From a virus, in the IMG/VR virus record IMGVR_UViG_3300022696_000071, positions 1 to 41,747 of that record: a stretch of 41,747 nucleotides of DNA. One strand, 5' to 3'. Below, in pieces: positions 20,147-28,338 of the stretch (within the stretch, counting starts at the first letter, position 1; each line of letters starts with the position of its first letter). Under the pieces are notes generated by a model. It searched no databases and was not told the origin of the DNA. It saw only the letters and a list, made by a program, of their open reading frames with translations. A program made the position numbers and the translations under genes.

Positions 20147-20194
20147 GTTTACTAAGTGATCTTAGTCCGTTCCGTCCTTGATCACTTAGTAAAC
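20147..20194. other. Perfect 15-bp stem / 18-nt loop hairpin (GTTTACTAAGTGATC...GATCACTTAGTAAAC), no U-tract on either strand
   Basis: Exact inverted repeat read directly from the sequence. It lies ~140 nt past the stop of the kinase gene on the minus strand. Confidence 0.6.
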
Positions 20195-20333
20195 AAATCC
20201 GCTCTCTCCATATATTCATAATTTTTTCTTATTAGAATCTTCTGTTAAGCGGAATAGCCCCGACGATTAAGATTCTGATGTGATTCTATTTAGATATGAT
20301 CGCTAGTGGCTAGATTAAAAGTAGATAATCTAT

Positions 20334-21251
20334 TTAGATGAAATGGTCGTGTGCGCGAGTGAAAACATCGCGTGAAACTGATGATGTTTTTGGTTGTTTG
20401 ACGACATATTGTGCACATTCATTTGCTATTCTACATGATTTTTTTATATCTATATCTTGGGATAAACATATTGCCATAACTGATATAACAGTATCCCCTG
20501 CTCCACATACATTATAAACTGGAACTTTTTCTGATGGAATTTTATCTAAAACAAATTCCCTACTATCTAATAACTCCATGCCTTTATCACCTTTTGTATT
20601 GAGAATATACTTCACTTTTGGTGTACCATGTATTGTTCTAAATTCATGAAGTTCTGCATCATTTGGGGTAATTAGAAAAACACCATTATACATATGGGAA
20701 TGAATTGGTTTTGGATCTACTAATATTTTTATATTCTTTTTTATACCTTTAATTGATTTTAATTTAATAAGATCCATTAGTGGTTTACTTATAAGCCCTT
20801 TATTATAATCACTAACAATTATGATATCATATCTATTAAAATCTAATTTTTCTATTATTGAATATTTAGTTTCATCTACTTCATCTATTATAACTTCATT
20901 GTCTACTCGCAAAAGTTGAATAAAATTATCTGAAACAAATCTTTGCTTAGTAGTAGTGATATAATTATCATATTTTAATACAATAGATTCAACATATAAG
21001 TTATTAAGTAAAGTTTTAACAACTTCACCATTATCATCTTCACCAATAGCAGTTATACATTCTACATTTGCTCCAATTTCACATAAGTTTCTTATAACAT
21101 TTCCACATCCTCCAAGAAACAATTCTTCAGATTTAGTGTTTAAAATTGGAATCGGTGCTTCTGGAGATATTCTGTCGACACTACCAATGATATAATGATC
21201 TAACATTATATCGCCAACTACCAATATATTTAAATCACTTATTTTTTTCAT
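20334..21251 (-). CDS. PfkB-family sugar kinase, HldE/RfaE domain-I type (D-glycero-beta-D-manno-heptose 7-phosphate kinase-like)
   Basis: ILVVGDIMLDHYIIGSVDRISPEAPIPI matches E. coli HldE [35 protein letters not shown] ~ GGAANVA. C-terminal VYNVCGAGDTVISVMA ~ VYDVTGAGDTVIGVLA. Confidence 0.8.
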   Translation of the reverse strand: MKKISDLNILVVGDIMLDHYIIGSVDRISPEAPIPILNTKSEELFLGGCGNVIRNLCEIGANVECITAIGEDDNGEVVKTLLNNLYVESIVLKYDNYITTTKQRFVSDNFIQLLRVDNEVIIDEVDETKYSIIEKLDFNRYDIIIVSDYNKGLISKPLMDLIKLKSIKGIKKNIKILVDPKPIHSHMYNGVFLITPNDAELHEFRTIHGTPKVKYILNTKGDKGMELLDSREFVLDKIPSEKVPVYNVCGAGDTVISVMAICLSQDIDIKKSCRIANECAQYVVKQPKTSSVSRDVFTRAHDHFI

Positions 21252-21265
21252 ATTAATATGTCTTT

Positions 21266-21586
21266 CTATCTCGGAATAATATTATAAATTTTTTGTGGAG
21301 TTTCTAAATATTCAACTCGTGTAAATGGAATACTTCTCCAATCTTGTTTATCTAAATCATAAACTCTAAGTAAACCATATTTCTTTATATCACTTAGAAT
21401 TCTTGGAACATTAACATTTTTTGGTCGTTTATCTCTTGGTATTATCTCAAAATCAAGAGTACAATTCATAATTCTCATAGTATTATCTTTTTTAACAAAT
21501 TTAACTGTAACTTTATTAGATGAATTTATTTTGTTAAAAAAATCTAATGCATCTGTTATAGTTGCTCTTTCTTCATTATCTGGCAT
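21266..21586 (-). CDS. Hypothetical protein (106 aa)
   Basis: Listed ORF with GAAGGAG SD upstream. Confidence 0.45.
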   Translation of the reverse strand: MPDNEERATITDALDFFNKINSSNKVTVKFVKKDNTMRIMNCTLDFEIIPRDKRPKNVNVPRILSDIKKYGLLRVYDLDKQDWRSIPFTRVEYLETPQKIYNIIPR

Positions 21587-21590
21587 TGTA

Positions 21591-22268
21591 TTAAATCTCC
21601 TTCTTAAACATCATGATTGAATGGGGTTCTTTAGAAGAATTAAGTCCAGATTTAGCTACCAAGCTAAATTTTACATCTGATGAATTTACAAAAAGGTCTT
21701 CGTATTGCTGTTCTGAGCGAAATGTGATATATTTTGTTGGTTTATGTTCAAGAGTATTTTCTGTAATTAATACATATCCATCATCTTTTAACTCTTCATA
21801 AAATCTGTTAATATAATATTTTAATAAATCTTCATCCATTATGTGTTGAAGAGATACGCATGTCCAAACCAAATCAAATTTATACTCTGAATCTTGTAAT
21901 TCAAAAGTTCCATCATCATTTATTTGTGTAAAAAATACATCATTATACCACGGGAGATTTGTCATGATACGATCATTATTTGGCATAATATCTACACCAT
22001 GATAATCATCAAAATAATCTGAAAGAAATGGTGCCCATCTTCCTATACCACATCCAAAATCTAAAACTTTTTTCTTCTGACGTGGTTTATCTGGTTTGAG
22101 TTGTTTAAGTTTATTAAATCGTTTTTCTAATACTTTACGAATTATATTTCCCCATCTTGTAGTTTCTCGCTTATATCTTTTTTCATCCCAATCGTATCTA
22201 CCAACTACATTTATTTCTTCCATTTCAGCATATCGTTTTTCCCAATATTCTTTATTTGTCTTAAACAT
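21591..22268 (-). CDS. Class I SAM-dependent methyltransferase
   Basis: Motif I VLDFGCGIGRW, acidic motif II (YHGVDIMP) and post-II DLVWTCVSLQHI. Confidence 0.6.
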   Translation of the reverse strand: MFKTNKEYWEKRYAEMEEINVVGRYDWDEKRYKRETTRWGNIIRKVLEKRFNKLKQLKPDKPRQKKKVLDFGCGIGRWAPFLSDYFDDYHGVDIMPNNDRIMTNLPWYNDVFFTQINDDGTFELQDSEYKFDLVWTCVSLQHIMDEDLLKYYINRFYEELKDDGYVLITENTLEHKPTKYITFRSEQQYEDLFVNSSDVKFSLVAKSGLNSSKEPHSIMMFKKEI

Positions 22269-22294
22269 AATACTCTCCTTTTATATATTTTTAT

Positions 22295-23356
22295 TTAGTT
22301 TTTTAATTCTTCTCCAAATACATAATTATGTTTACCAATTGAATTATTATCATATAATATACATTCGCCATTATCATTACATATTATATCTAATAATTCA
22401 TTAGCAACATGATGCCATGTTCTATTATTTTTTACAAACTCTCTACCCTTTTCTCCTATCGCTAATCGCTCAACATAATTATCATCATTTAAATATTTTA
22501 TTAATTTCTGTTTTAAATCAAATAATGATTCAAATACTATAAGTTGTTCTTCGTTTTCTATTCCAAGTCTTGCAGTCATATTTGGTATTGTTTTAGTAAA
22601 TACCATAGATCCACATGCCAATATATTCCATAATCTCAACGATGAATATCCCTCATAGCATCCTCTACTTAAATTTAGAACAGCTTTACTTTTTGAACAT
22701 ATTTCCCTGAATTTATCTGGATATATAAATTGAGTATAACCTGGACCAAAAAATTTAACTTTGAATCCTTCATCTTTCAAATATTTATAAATTACATCAC
22801 GCTCATTATCTCTGCCACCTATAAATGATACATCATATTCTTTTTCCATATCAACTGGTTTATAAGTGTTAATATCACTTCCATCAATTACATGATACAC
22901 ATTTAATTTTATTCTTTTTGCCCATCTTAATGCATTCCCATAACCAGTAGCTGTTCTATAATGAAAATATTTACTGAATTCAAACATACGATTACGTTTG
23001 AGTTGAGGATACCAATCAGGGAACCAATGAAGTGTTCTACAATTTCTTGATGCAAGTTGGATAGTTTGAAGTGGTATATTATTTCCTTTTTGTATAATTA
23101 ATAAATCACATATATTTGATAATCTTATAATTTTACTAACAATAGTATTATAATTTTCAGCCATTTCTTTTCGATAATCGAATTTGATAACTTCTTCAAC
23201 TATTTCATTATCTCTAAAACCTCTCTCAAAATAAATTGAACTAGAAGCTATACTATTAAATACTCCAACTATAGCAACTTTTATTTTCTTTTTACTAAGT
23301 GGTAAACTTTTTCTTGATTTGATCATATGTACATCTGGATTTATTTTTGAATACAT
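22295..23356 (-). CDS. Putative glycosyltransferase (GT-B / CgeB-like C-terminal domain)
   Basis: The C-terminal half resembles CgeB/GT1-type domains (EGYSSLRLWNILACGSMVF...). Weak, by eye only. Confidence 0.4.
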   Translation of the reverse strand: MYSKINPDVHMIKSRKSLPLSKKKIKVAIVGVFNSIASSSIYFERGFRDNEIVEEVIKFDYRKEMAENYNTIVSKIIRLSNICDLLIIQKGNNIPLQTIQLASRNCRTLHWFPDWYPQLKRNRMFEFSKYFHYRTATGYGNALRWAKRIKLNVYHVIDGSDINTYKPVDMEKEYDVSFIGGRDNERDVIYKYLKDEGFKVKFFGPGYTQFIYPDKFREICSKSKAVLNLSRGCYEGYSSLRLWNILACGSMVFTKTIPNMTARLGIENEEQLIVFESLFDLKQKLIKYLNDDNYVERLAIGEKGREFVKNNRTWHHVANELLDIICNDNGECILYDNNSIGKHNYVFGEELKN

Positions 23357-23358
23357 AA

Positions 23359-24162
23359 CTATGATGCCTTTTCCATTATTATTGGATTATAATTCATAAA
23401 TTCATATCTATAAATCGCTGGCGAATGTTTGAAACTTTGATCTATACTTGATAAATATGAAATAACTTCTTCTGTTTTTCTTACAGTAATTCCATATATT
23501 TTTTGATTATTTTTTCTATATTTTGCTTTACTCCAATCACCTTTCATATCATTATGCCTATGAAACTGATGAATTAATTTCCAGTTAAATGGTTTACTTT
23601 TTGTAAAATATTCTGCTTGACGTATTAAACAATTATCTATACCACCAAGCTCTTGTAAAAATTCATTACATCCACCAATTTTCCAATAATAATCTTTATC
23701 AAAATATACAAGTCCACCTTCACACATTCCCCTTCTTGGTGTATCTTCTCTAACAACTCTACCAAATACATCATAATACGTTATACGATCCCAACAATGA
23801 CACCATTTTAAATTATTATTCTTTATATAATTATACAATGGTTTAAAATATCTTAATGGTCTATATGGAATACAATCAGATTCACCTAATATAATATCAT
23901 TGGATTCAGAAGCTTTAACTCCAATATTGTAACACCATGATTTATTAAAAATTGGATAATTTATCTGTATAAATTTCACATTATGATCTACATTTCCTAT
24001 AGTATCTTTATAAGTTGGAAATTTATCATTAACAATTTGTTCTACTATGATTATTTTTAAAAGATCGTTTTTATACGGAGATAGTTGATTATGTATATTA
24101 TCAACTCTATCTTCAAAATCTGGTCCATTTATATTACATACAGGAATAATCAAAGTGAACAT
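23359..24162 (-). CDS. Putative GT-A fold glycosyltransferase
   Basis: N-terminal FTLIIPVCN, followed by IIVEQ and a DxD-like ESDCIPY, is typical of GT2/GT7-like enzymes. Weak. Confidence 0.4.
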   Translation of the reverse strand: MFTLIIPVCNINGPDFEDRVDNIHNQLSPYKNDLLKIIIVEQIVNDKFPTYKDTIGNVDHNVKFIQINYPIFNKSWCYNIGVKASESNDIILGESDCIPYRPLRYFKPLYNYIKNNNLKWCHCWDRITYYDVFGRVVREDTPRRGMCEGGLVYFDKDYYWKIGGCNEFLQELGGIDNCLIRQAEYFTKSKPFNWKLIHQFHRHNDMKGDWSKAKYRKNNQKIYGITVRKTEEVISYLSSIDQSFKHSPAIYRYEFMNYNPIIMEKAS

Positions 24163-24166
24163 ATTA

Positions 24167-24439
24167 TTATCTCTCCTTTACATATTTCCTTCTAAGTTCA
24201 TGAAATTTTCTAAGTGCTGCAACCATTATTTTATTATAGCACCCAATACATAAATCTTTTGATTCTTCCCTTTCAGATATTCGATGTGTATTTCCATCAC
24301 TATCGCCTTGTATATGTACTCCAATATTATCATCAAAATATGAATCAATATGACATAGATAATTGAATTTATTACTATATCTTTCATTTGTAATTTCTTT
24401 ATTACAACAATCACATTTAACAATTTTAATAATAGCCAC
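24167..24439 (-). CDS. Small Cys-rich zinc-ribbon protein (90 aa)
   Basis: CDCC...C (N-terminal) and CIGC (C-terminal) pairs. Confidence 0.4.
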   Translation of the reverse strand: MAIIKIVKCDCCNKEITNERYSNKFNYLCHIDSYFDDNIGVHIQGDSDGNTHRISEREESKDLCIGCYNKIMVAALRKFHELRRKYVKER

Positions 24440-24441
24440 GA

Positions 24442-25428
24442 TTAATTCTCCATATTCTTAAAATTAAATATTACTGATTTTTTCTTTTCTGGTTTACTTT
24501 TTGTTAATGCTAAAATCTTGTTAAATATTACCCGATAATCTGTTTTATATGACAATGTTTTTTCTTCATAAAAATCACATTGTGTTTTAAATGGATTTTC
24601 TAAAACTAAATGTCTATGTTTTTCATGACCCCACATTAATGTTGGTATTTTTAAATAATTTGATAATATTGGAATAGCTGATTGCTGGCCTATCGTTAAT
24701 TTTGAAGCTTTTATTGCTTCTATGGTAAGACCAATTAAACTAGTTTCATGTTGTGGAAATAAATAATCTTCTAATATTATAAATGATTCAAGTGATTCAT
24801 CTGGCTTTAATATTGATCCAGATAAACCAGGAATAAAACATATAAACTTTTCAGATTTCTCTATTAATTCAAACAAATCATTCCAATAATCTTCTCTCCA
24901 GTTTCTTTCTTTCCCTTTTTCTAAATCTATTCTATGTCTTGGAGATATTACAATTGGTATTTTATTTATATATTTTTTCTTATTTAATATATTATATATT
25001 ATTCCTTTATTATTTGCTCTTGGTTTAAAATTAAAATCCATTTTATCAAAATCAAATATATTTCTATTTGGAGTATTAATAGTTTTAATTATATGTATAT
25101 CATTATCAATTACATCAGTTATAATCTTAAATAAGTTTTTAAAATCAGAAGGAGAAAAATAATCCAATCTATACATATTTGGTCTATATTTATGATAATC
25201 TCCATCTATATCAAATGGTATTATATCATCTACATTATTAGAATAAAGATCTATTCTTTCAGATCTTGTAATTGCATATATTTTTTTATCATAATATGTA
25301 TTTTTTACCCACCGTACAAAACCACACCATCTATATAGTTCCCAACCAAGTTCTCCTATAAATGGTCCAAATGCTATTTTATCATTCTCAGATATTTCTT
25401 TAATAAAATTTTCTTGTATACTATTCAT
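24442..25428 (-). CDS. Hypothetical protein (328 aa), possibly glycan-processing
   Basis: Listed ORF in the glycosylation gene block. No firm motif. Confidence 0.45.
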   Translation of the reverse strand: MNSIQENFIKEISENDKIAFGPFIGELGWELYRWCGFVRWVKNTYYDKKIYAITRSERIDLYSNNVDDIIPFDIDGDYHKYRPNMYRLDYFSPSDFKNLFKIITDVIDNDIHIIKTINTPNRNIFDFDKMDFNFKPRANNKGIIYNILNKKKYINKIPIVISPRHRIDLEKGKERNWREDYWNDLFELIEKSEKFICFIPGLSGSILKPDESLESFIILEDYLFPQHETSLIGLTIEAIKASKLTIGQQSAIPILSNYLKIPTLMWGHEKHRHLVLENPFKTQCDFYEEKTLSYKTDYRVIFNKILALTKSKPEKKKSVIFNFKNMEN

Positions 25429-25439
25429 ACTTAAATCCT

Positions 25440-27266
25440 TTATATTAATTTTCCAACTATCATCTCTATATCTTCATAATCATTCAATTTAGAAAAATCT
25501 AACATTTTTATCCAGTTACTATTTGGTAAATCTTTATTATAATCAGAATGAGTATAAACTAATGAATTTTTCTTCGTTAAGTATGACAAATACATCATAT
25601 TTGACATATTTGTCGTTATAGATAAATCACTGATACATATATATCCAGCTAATTTAATAAAATCTATATTATTTATAAATCTAACGTTTCTTTTTTGTGA
25701 TATATGGGGAGGAAAATTTATTTTTTGTTCATCGATTAACGATATGATTAAAAAATTATAGAATTGATCATTTGATAATTTAGATATTGCGCCTATATAA
25801 TTCTTTAAATATAAAGCATTAGTACCTTTTATATGAGATCCAGATAAAACTATCATATTTTTAAATACAGAAGATTTTGGAATAGTATATTTACAATATG
25901 GATTTGGAACAGATTCATCTATATCATATTTTGCTATCATACTATGATTTTGTTTAACAGGATGATTATTTGAATTGCCACTTGGATAGAAACAATTATA
26001 ATCTCCAATATTTAAATTACAATTTAATGTTCTGAATATATTATCATAGCTGTTCAAATTTATTAGATTAGATTTTATATCTTTAACATCATATATATTT
26101 CTTATTCTACTATCATTTATAATATATAAACTTGGTCGCAATTTATCATCTGTTAATATATCAATTTTACCAATAGATAATCTATTTAAATCTTTTATAA
26201 ATGGTACAGTATACGCAATATCTCTTAAATTAGAATTTACTAATATTAATGAATGTTTATCTGGATTAAATTTAGTTGAAGTTACTTTTATTGGGGTTAC
26301 ATTCTTTTGAACTCTTGGTTCGTTAAATGTATCTATTAACCCTTTCTGTTTATTATATCTATCTGATAAAATTTTATTTTGATATTCACTATTTGTATAC
26401 CATGTTGGTATATTATCTGGAGTAACAATCATCTTAGATATTCTATGTGTATCTCCAAATTCATTATTAAGATTATTTGGTATAAATACGACATTCCTAT
26501 CTTTTGTTTGTATTTTATTATATAGTATTAAATCTCTTCTTTGAATATCATTTAATATTAATTGATTATCATATCTAAAGCATAAGCTTGGTGTCTGCCT
26601 TGATGATTTTTCTTTAAGTCCAAATTTTTTAAGTTGATGAATTAAATGAATTCTTGACATCTCAGTGAACATTTCTTCTTCAAGACCATTAATCATATGC
26701 ACAAGATATTTTAATTTGCATATGATTATAGGGACAAATTCTCCACTATCTTTAATTTTTTTAATAGCTCTTGCTCTTTCAATGATAGCTCTTCCTAAAT
26801 TTTCATCTACTTCATCAATATCTCTATATCTATCAAAAGAAAATCTTTTATCATCATCTTGATAATCATAATATGTTCTTATAGTGGAAAAATGAGTATT
26901 AAAATTTGTCTCATGTTGCCCTTTTCCTTTCTTATGCTCATAATACAAAGCAGCAACGTTAACAGAACAATATCCATCAATTAATACCATAAATCTATCA
27001 AATAATTTATCATTATTAAGATTAGCCAAAACTATATTGATAGCAAGTGGATAATTAAATCCAACTGAATTGGTAATATAAGAAGATGTAAATAAAGGAA
27101 TTACATCTTTTAATTCATTATTACTTAATTCTTTGGCATTTTTTCCCATAAGAGACAAATGAATATTTGTACGAGAATTAAATTTATGAATACTCTTTAA
27201 CCAATCTATATTACAATTTTCAGAATCAGCACCAATTATTATATCTGTTTCTTGCTCTTTTATCAT
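25440..27266 (-). CDS. Hypothetical large protein (608 aa). The C-terminal region is possibly GT9-like
   Basis: C-terminal MIVLSGSHIKGTNALYLKNYIGAI resembles the acceptor-side region of heptosyltransferases. Speculative. Confidence 0.4.
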   Translation of the reverse strand: MIKEQETDIIIGADSENCNIDWLKSIHKFNSRTNIHLSLMGKNAKELSNNELKDVIPLFTSSYITNSVGFNYPLAINIVLANLNNDKLFDRFMVLIDGYCSVNVAALYYEHKKGKGQHETNFNTHFSTIRTYYDYQDDDKRFSFDRYRDIDEVDENLGRAIIERARAIKKIKDSGEFVPIIICKLKYLVHMINGLEEEMFTEMSRIHLIHQLKKFGLKEKSSRQTPSLCFRYDNQLILNDIQRRDLILYNKIQTKDRNVVFIPNNLNNEFGDTHRISKMIVTPDNIPTWYTNSEYQNKILSDRYNKQKGLIDTFNEPRVQKNVTPIKVTSTKFNPDKHSLILVNSNLRDIAYTVPFIKDLNRLSIGKIDILTDDKLRPSLYIINDSRIRNIYDVKDIKSNLINLNSYDNIFRTLNCNLNIGDYNCFYPSGNSNNHPVKQNHSMIAKYDIDESVPNPYCKYTIPKSSVFKNMIVLSGSHIKGTNALYLKNYIGAISKLSNDQFYNFLIISLIDEQKINFPPHISQKRNVRFINNIDFIKLAGYICISDLSITTNMSNMMYLSYLTKKNSLVYTHSDYNKDLPNSNWIKMLDFSKLNDYEDIEMIVGKLI

Positions 27267-27281
27267 TTTATATAATATCTC

Positions 27282-28208
27282 CTACCATTCAGTTACAGCT
27301 TTAGAATTTTTAAATCTATTAAATATTTCTTTATGATTCATATCTTTTAATTCTTTTTCATAAGTATATAAACTATCACGATTTGATTCATAATAATTTT
27401 CTCCAAATTTTGGATTCATTAAAGTATTACATATTGATCCTATTCCTTTTAATCCACCAAGATGCATTACTAATGGATTATCTTCTTTATTTTTTGGCAA
27501 AACAGCCATCATATAATTATTTGGTCCAATAGTTTTTCTTATAAAACTCCATGTAGAAGTATCATGTCGTTTTCTAACATTATATGCATTATATATTATA
27601 TCTTTATTTATGGTCCAAACTTTATATATATTTTCCATTTGATGTTGACCCATAAACCAAAAACCAGATCCACCACCACCATCTGCATATATAACATCTA
27701 TAGATCCAGATTTTTTAATATGTGTCGCTGATCTTAATCTAAATGGTATACCTCCTGGATACTTAATGCAGAAATGTATGGTATTTTTTGGATTAAATGT
27801 ATTTAAATTATCTACAGCTTCTACAAACTGAGAATCCCAATCTTCTCCAACTAACATATCATTATCTATAAGAAGATAATAATTTGATACACCAACTGGT
27901 TTAATCATTTTTTTATTCAGATCATTCATTTGATTCATCATAATCAGCCATCGATAAAATACTATTGATTTACCAAAGCAATTATGTAATGATTCATTTG
28001 TATCATATGAATAATAGTGAATTTTTTTATCTCTTAATAATTTATAAAATAAATCCAACCTACTTTTATTTAATTCTGATAAATTATCAAATACATATAT
28101 GTATATATTATCAAATTTCGTAGAATTATCTAATATAGAACATATTGTATGAGTTGTTAATAAAGTTCTATCCCTTGTTGGGATCATCACGTATAAATTT
28201 CTTTTCAT
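27282..28208 (-). CDS. Putative GT2-family glycosyltransferase
   Basis: YVMIPTRDR (cf. the GT2 IPTYNR motif) and LIDNDM (DxD). Confidence 0.45.
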   Translation of the reverse strand: MKRNLYVMIPTRDRTLLTTHTICSILDNSTKFDNIYIYVFDNLSELNKSRLDLFYKLLRDKKIHYYSYDTNESLHNCFGKSIVFYRWLIMMNQMNDLNKKMIKPVGVSNYYLLIDNDMLVGEDWDSQFVEAVDNLNTFNPKNTIHFCIKYPGGIPFRLRSATHIKKSGSIDVIYADGGGGSGFWFMGQHQMENIYKVWTINKDIIYNAYNVRKRHDTSTWSFIRKTIGPNNYMMAVLPKNKEDNPLVMHLGGLKGIGSICNTLMNPKFGENYYESNRDSLYTYEKELKDMNHKEIFNRFKNSKAVTEW

Positions 28209-28241
28209 ATATTTCCCCTCTATAAATTTCTCATTTTAGTA

Positions 28242-28287
28242 TTTGTCCTTTTCAGAGTGTGGATTAATTTTACAAATAGCGGACAAA
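28242..28287. promoter_or_regulatory. Divergent promoter/operator candidate: GGACAAA box (reverse, 28242-28248), AGTGTGG (28256-28262), TAGCGGACAAA box (28277-28287)
   Basis: The exact 11-mer TAGCGGACAAA recurs at 14691-14701 (minus), 18771-18781 (minus) and 28277-28287 (plus). AGTGTGG lies 14-18 nt upstream of the box here and at 18796-18802 (reverse complement CCACACT) and 34611-34617. Confidence 0.4.
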
Positions 28288-28338
28288 CATTAAACTATTC
28301 TATTTTAATTTACATATACTAATAGAAAGGGGCAATTT

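Larger units (their letters stand above)
18900..20333. promoter_or_regulatory. 1.4-kb non-coding, very AT-rich intergenic hub. It holds palindromes, AGAATCT/AGATTCT iterations, a ~90% AT tract at 19300-19530 and two long perfect hairpins. Candidate promoter/origin/ncRNA region
   Basis: No ORF of 60 aa or more on either strand. Palindromes TAATCTATATAGATTA (~19095-19110) and ATTAGATTTT-A-AAAATCTAAT (~19135-19155). AGAATCT or AGATTCT occurs about 8 times. TTGATAAAT occurs 3 times within 19340-19530. Confidence 0.55.

Noticed and set aside
19920-20340. GC-rich islands examined as possible tRNA genes
   Set aside because: No 7-bp acceptor stem with a T-arm (GTTCRANYC) and anticodon stem arrangement could be folded by hand. 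This needs tRNAscan-SE, so no tRNA is reported.
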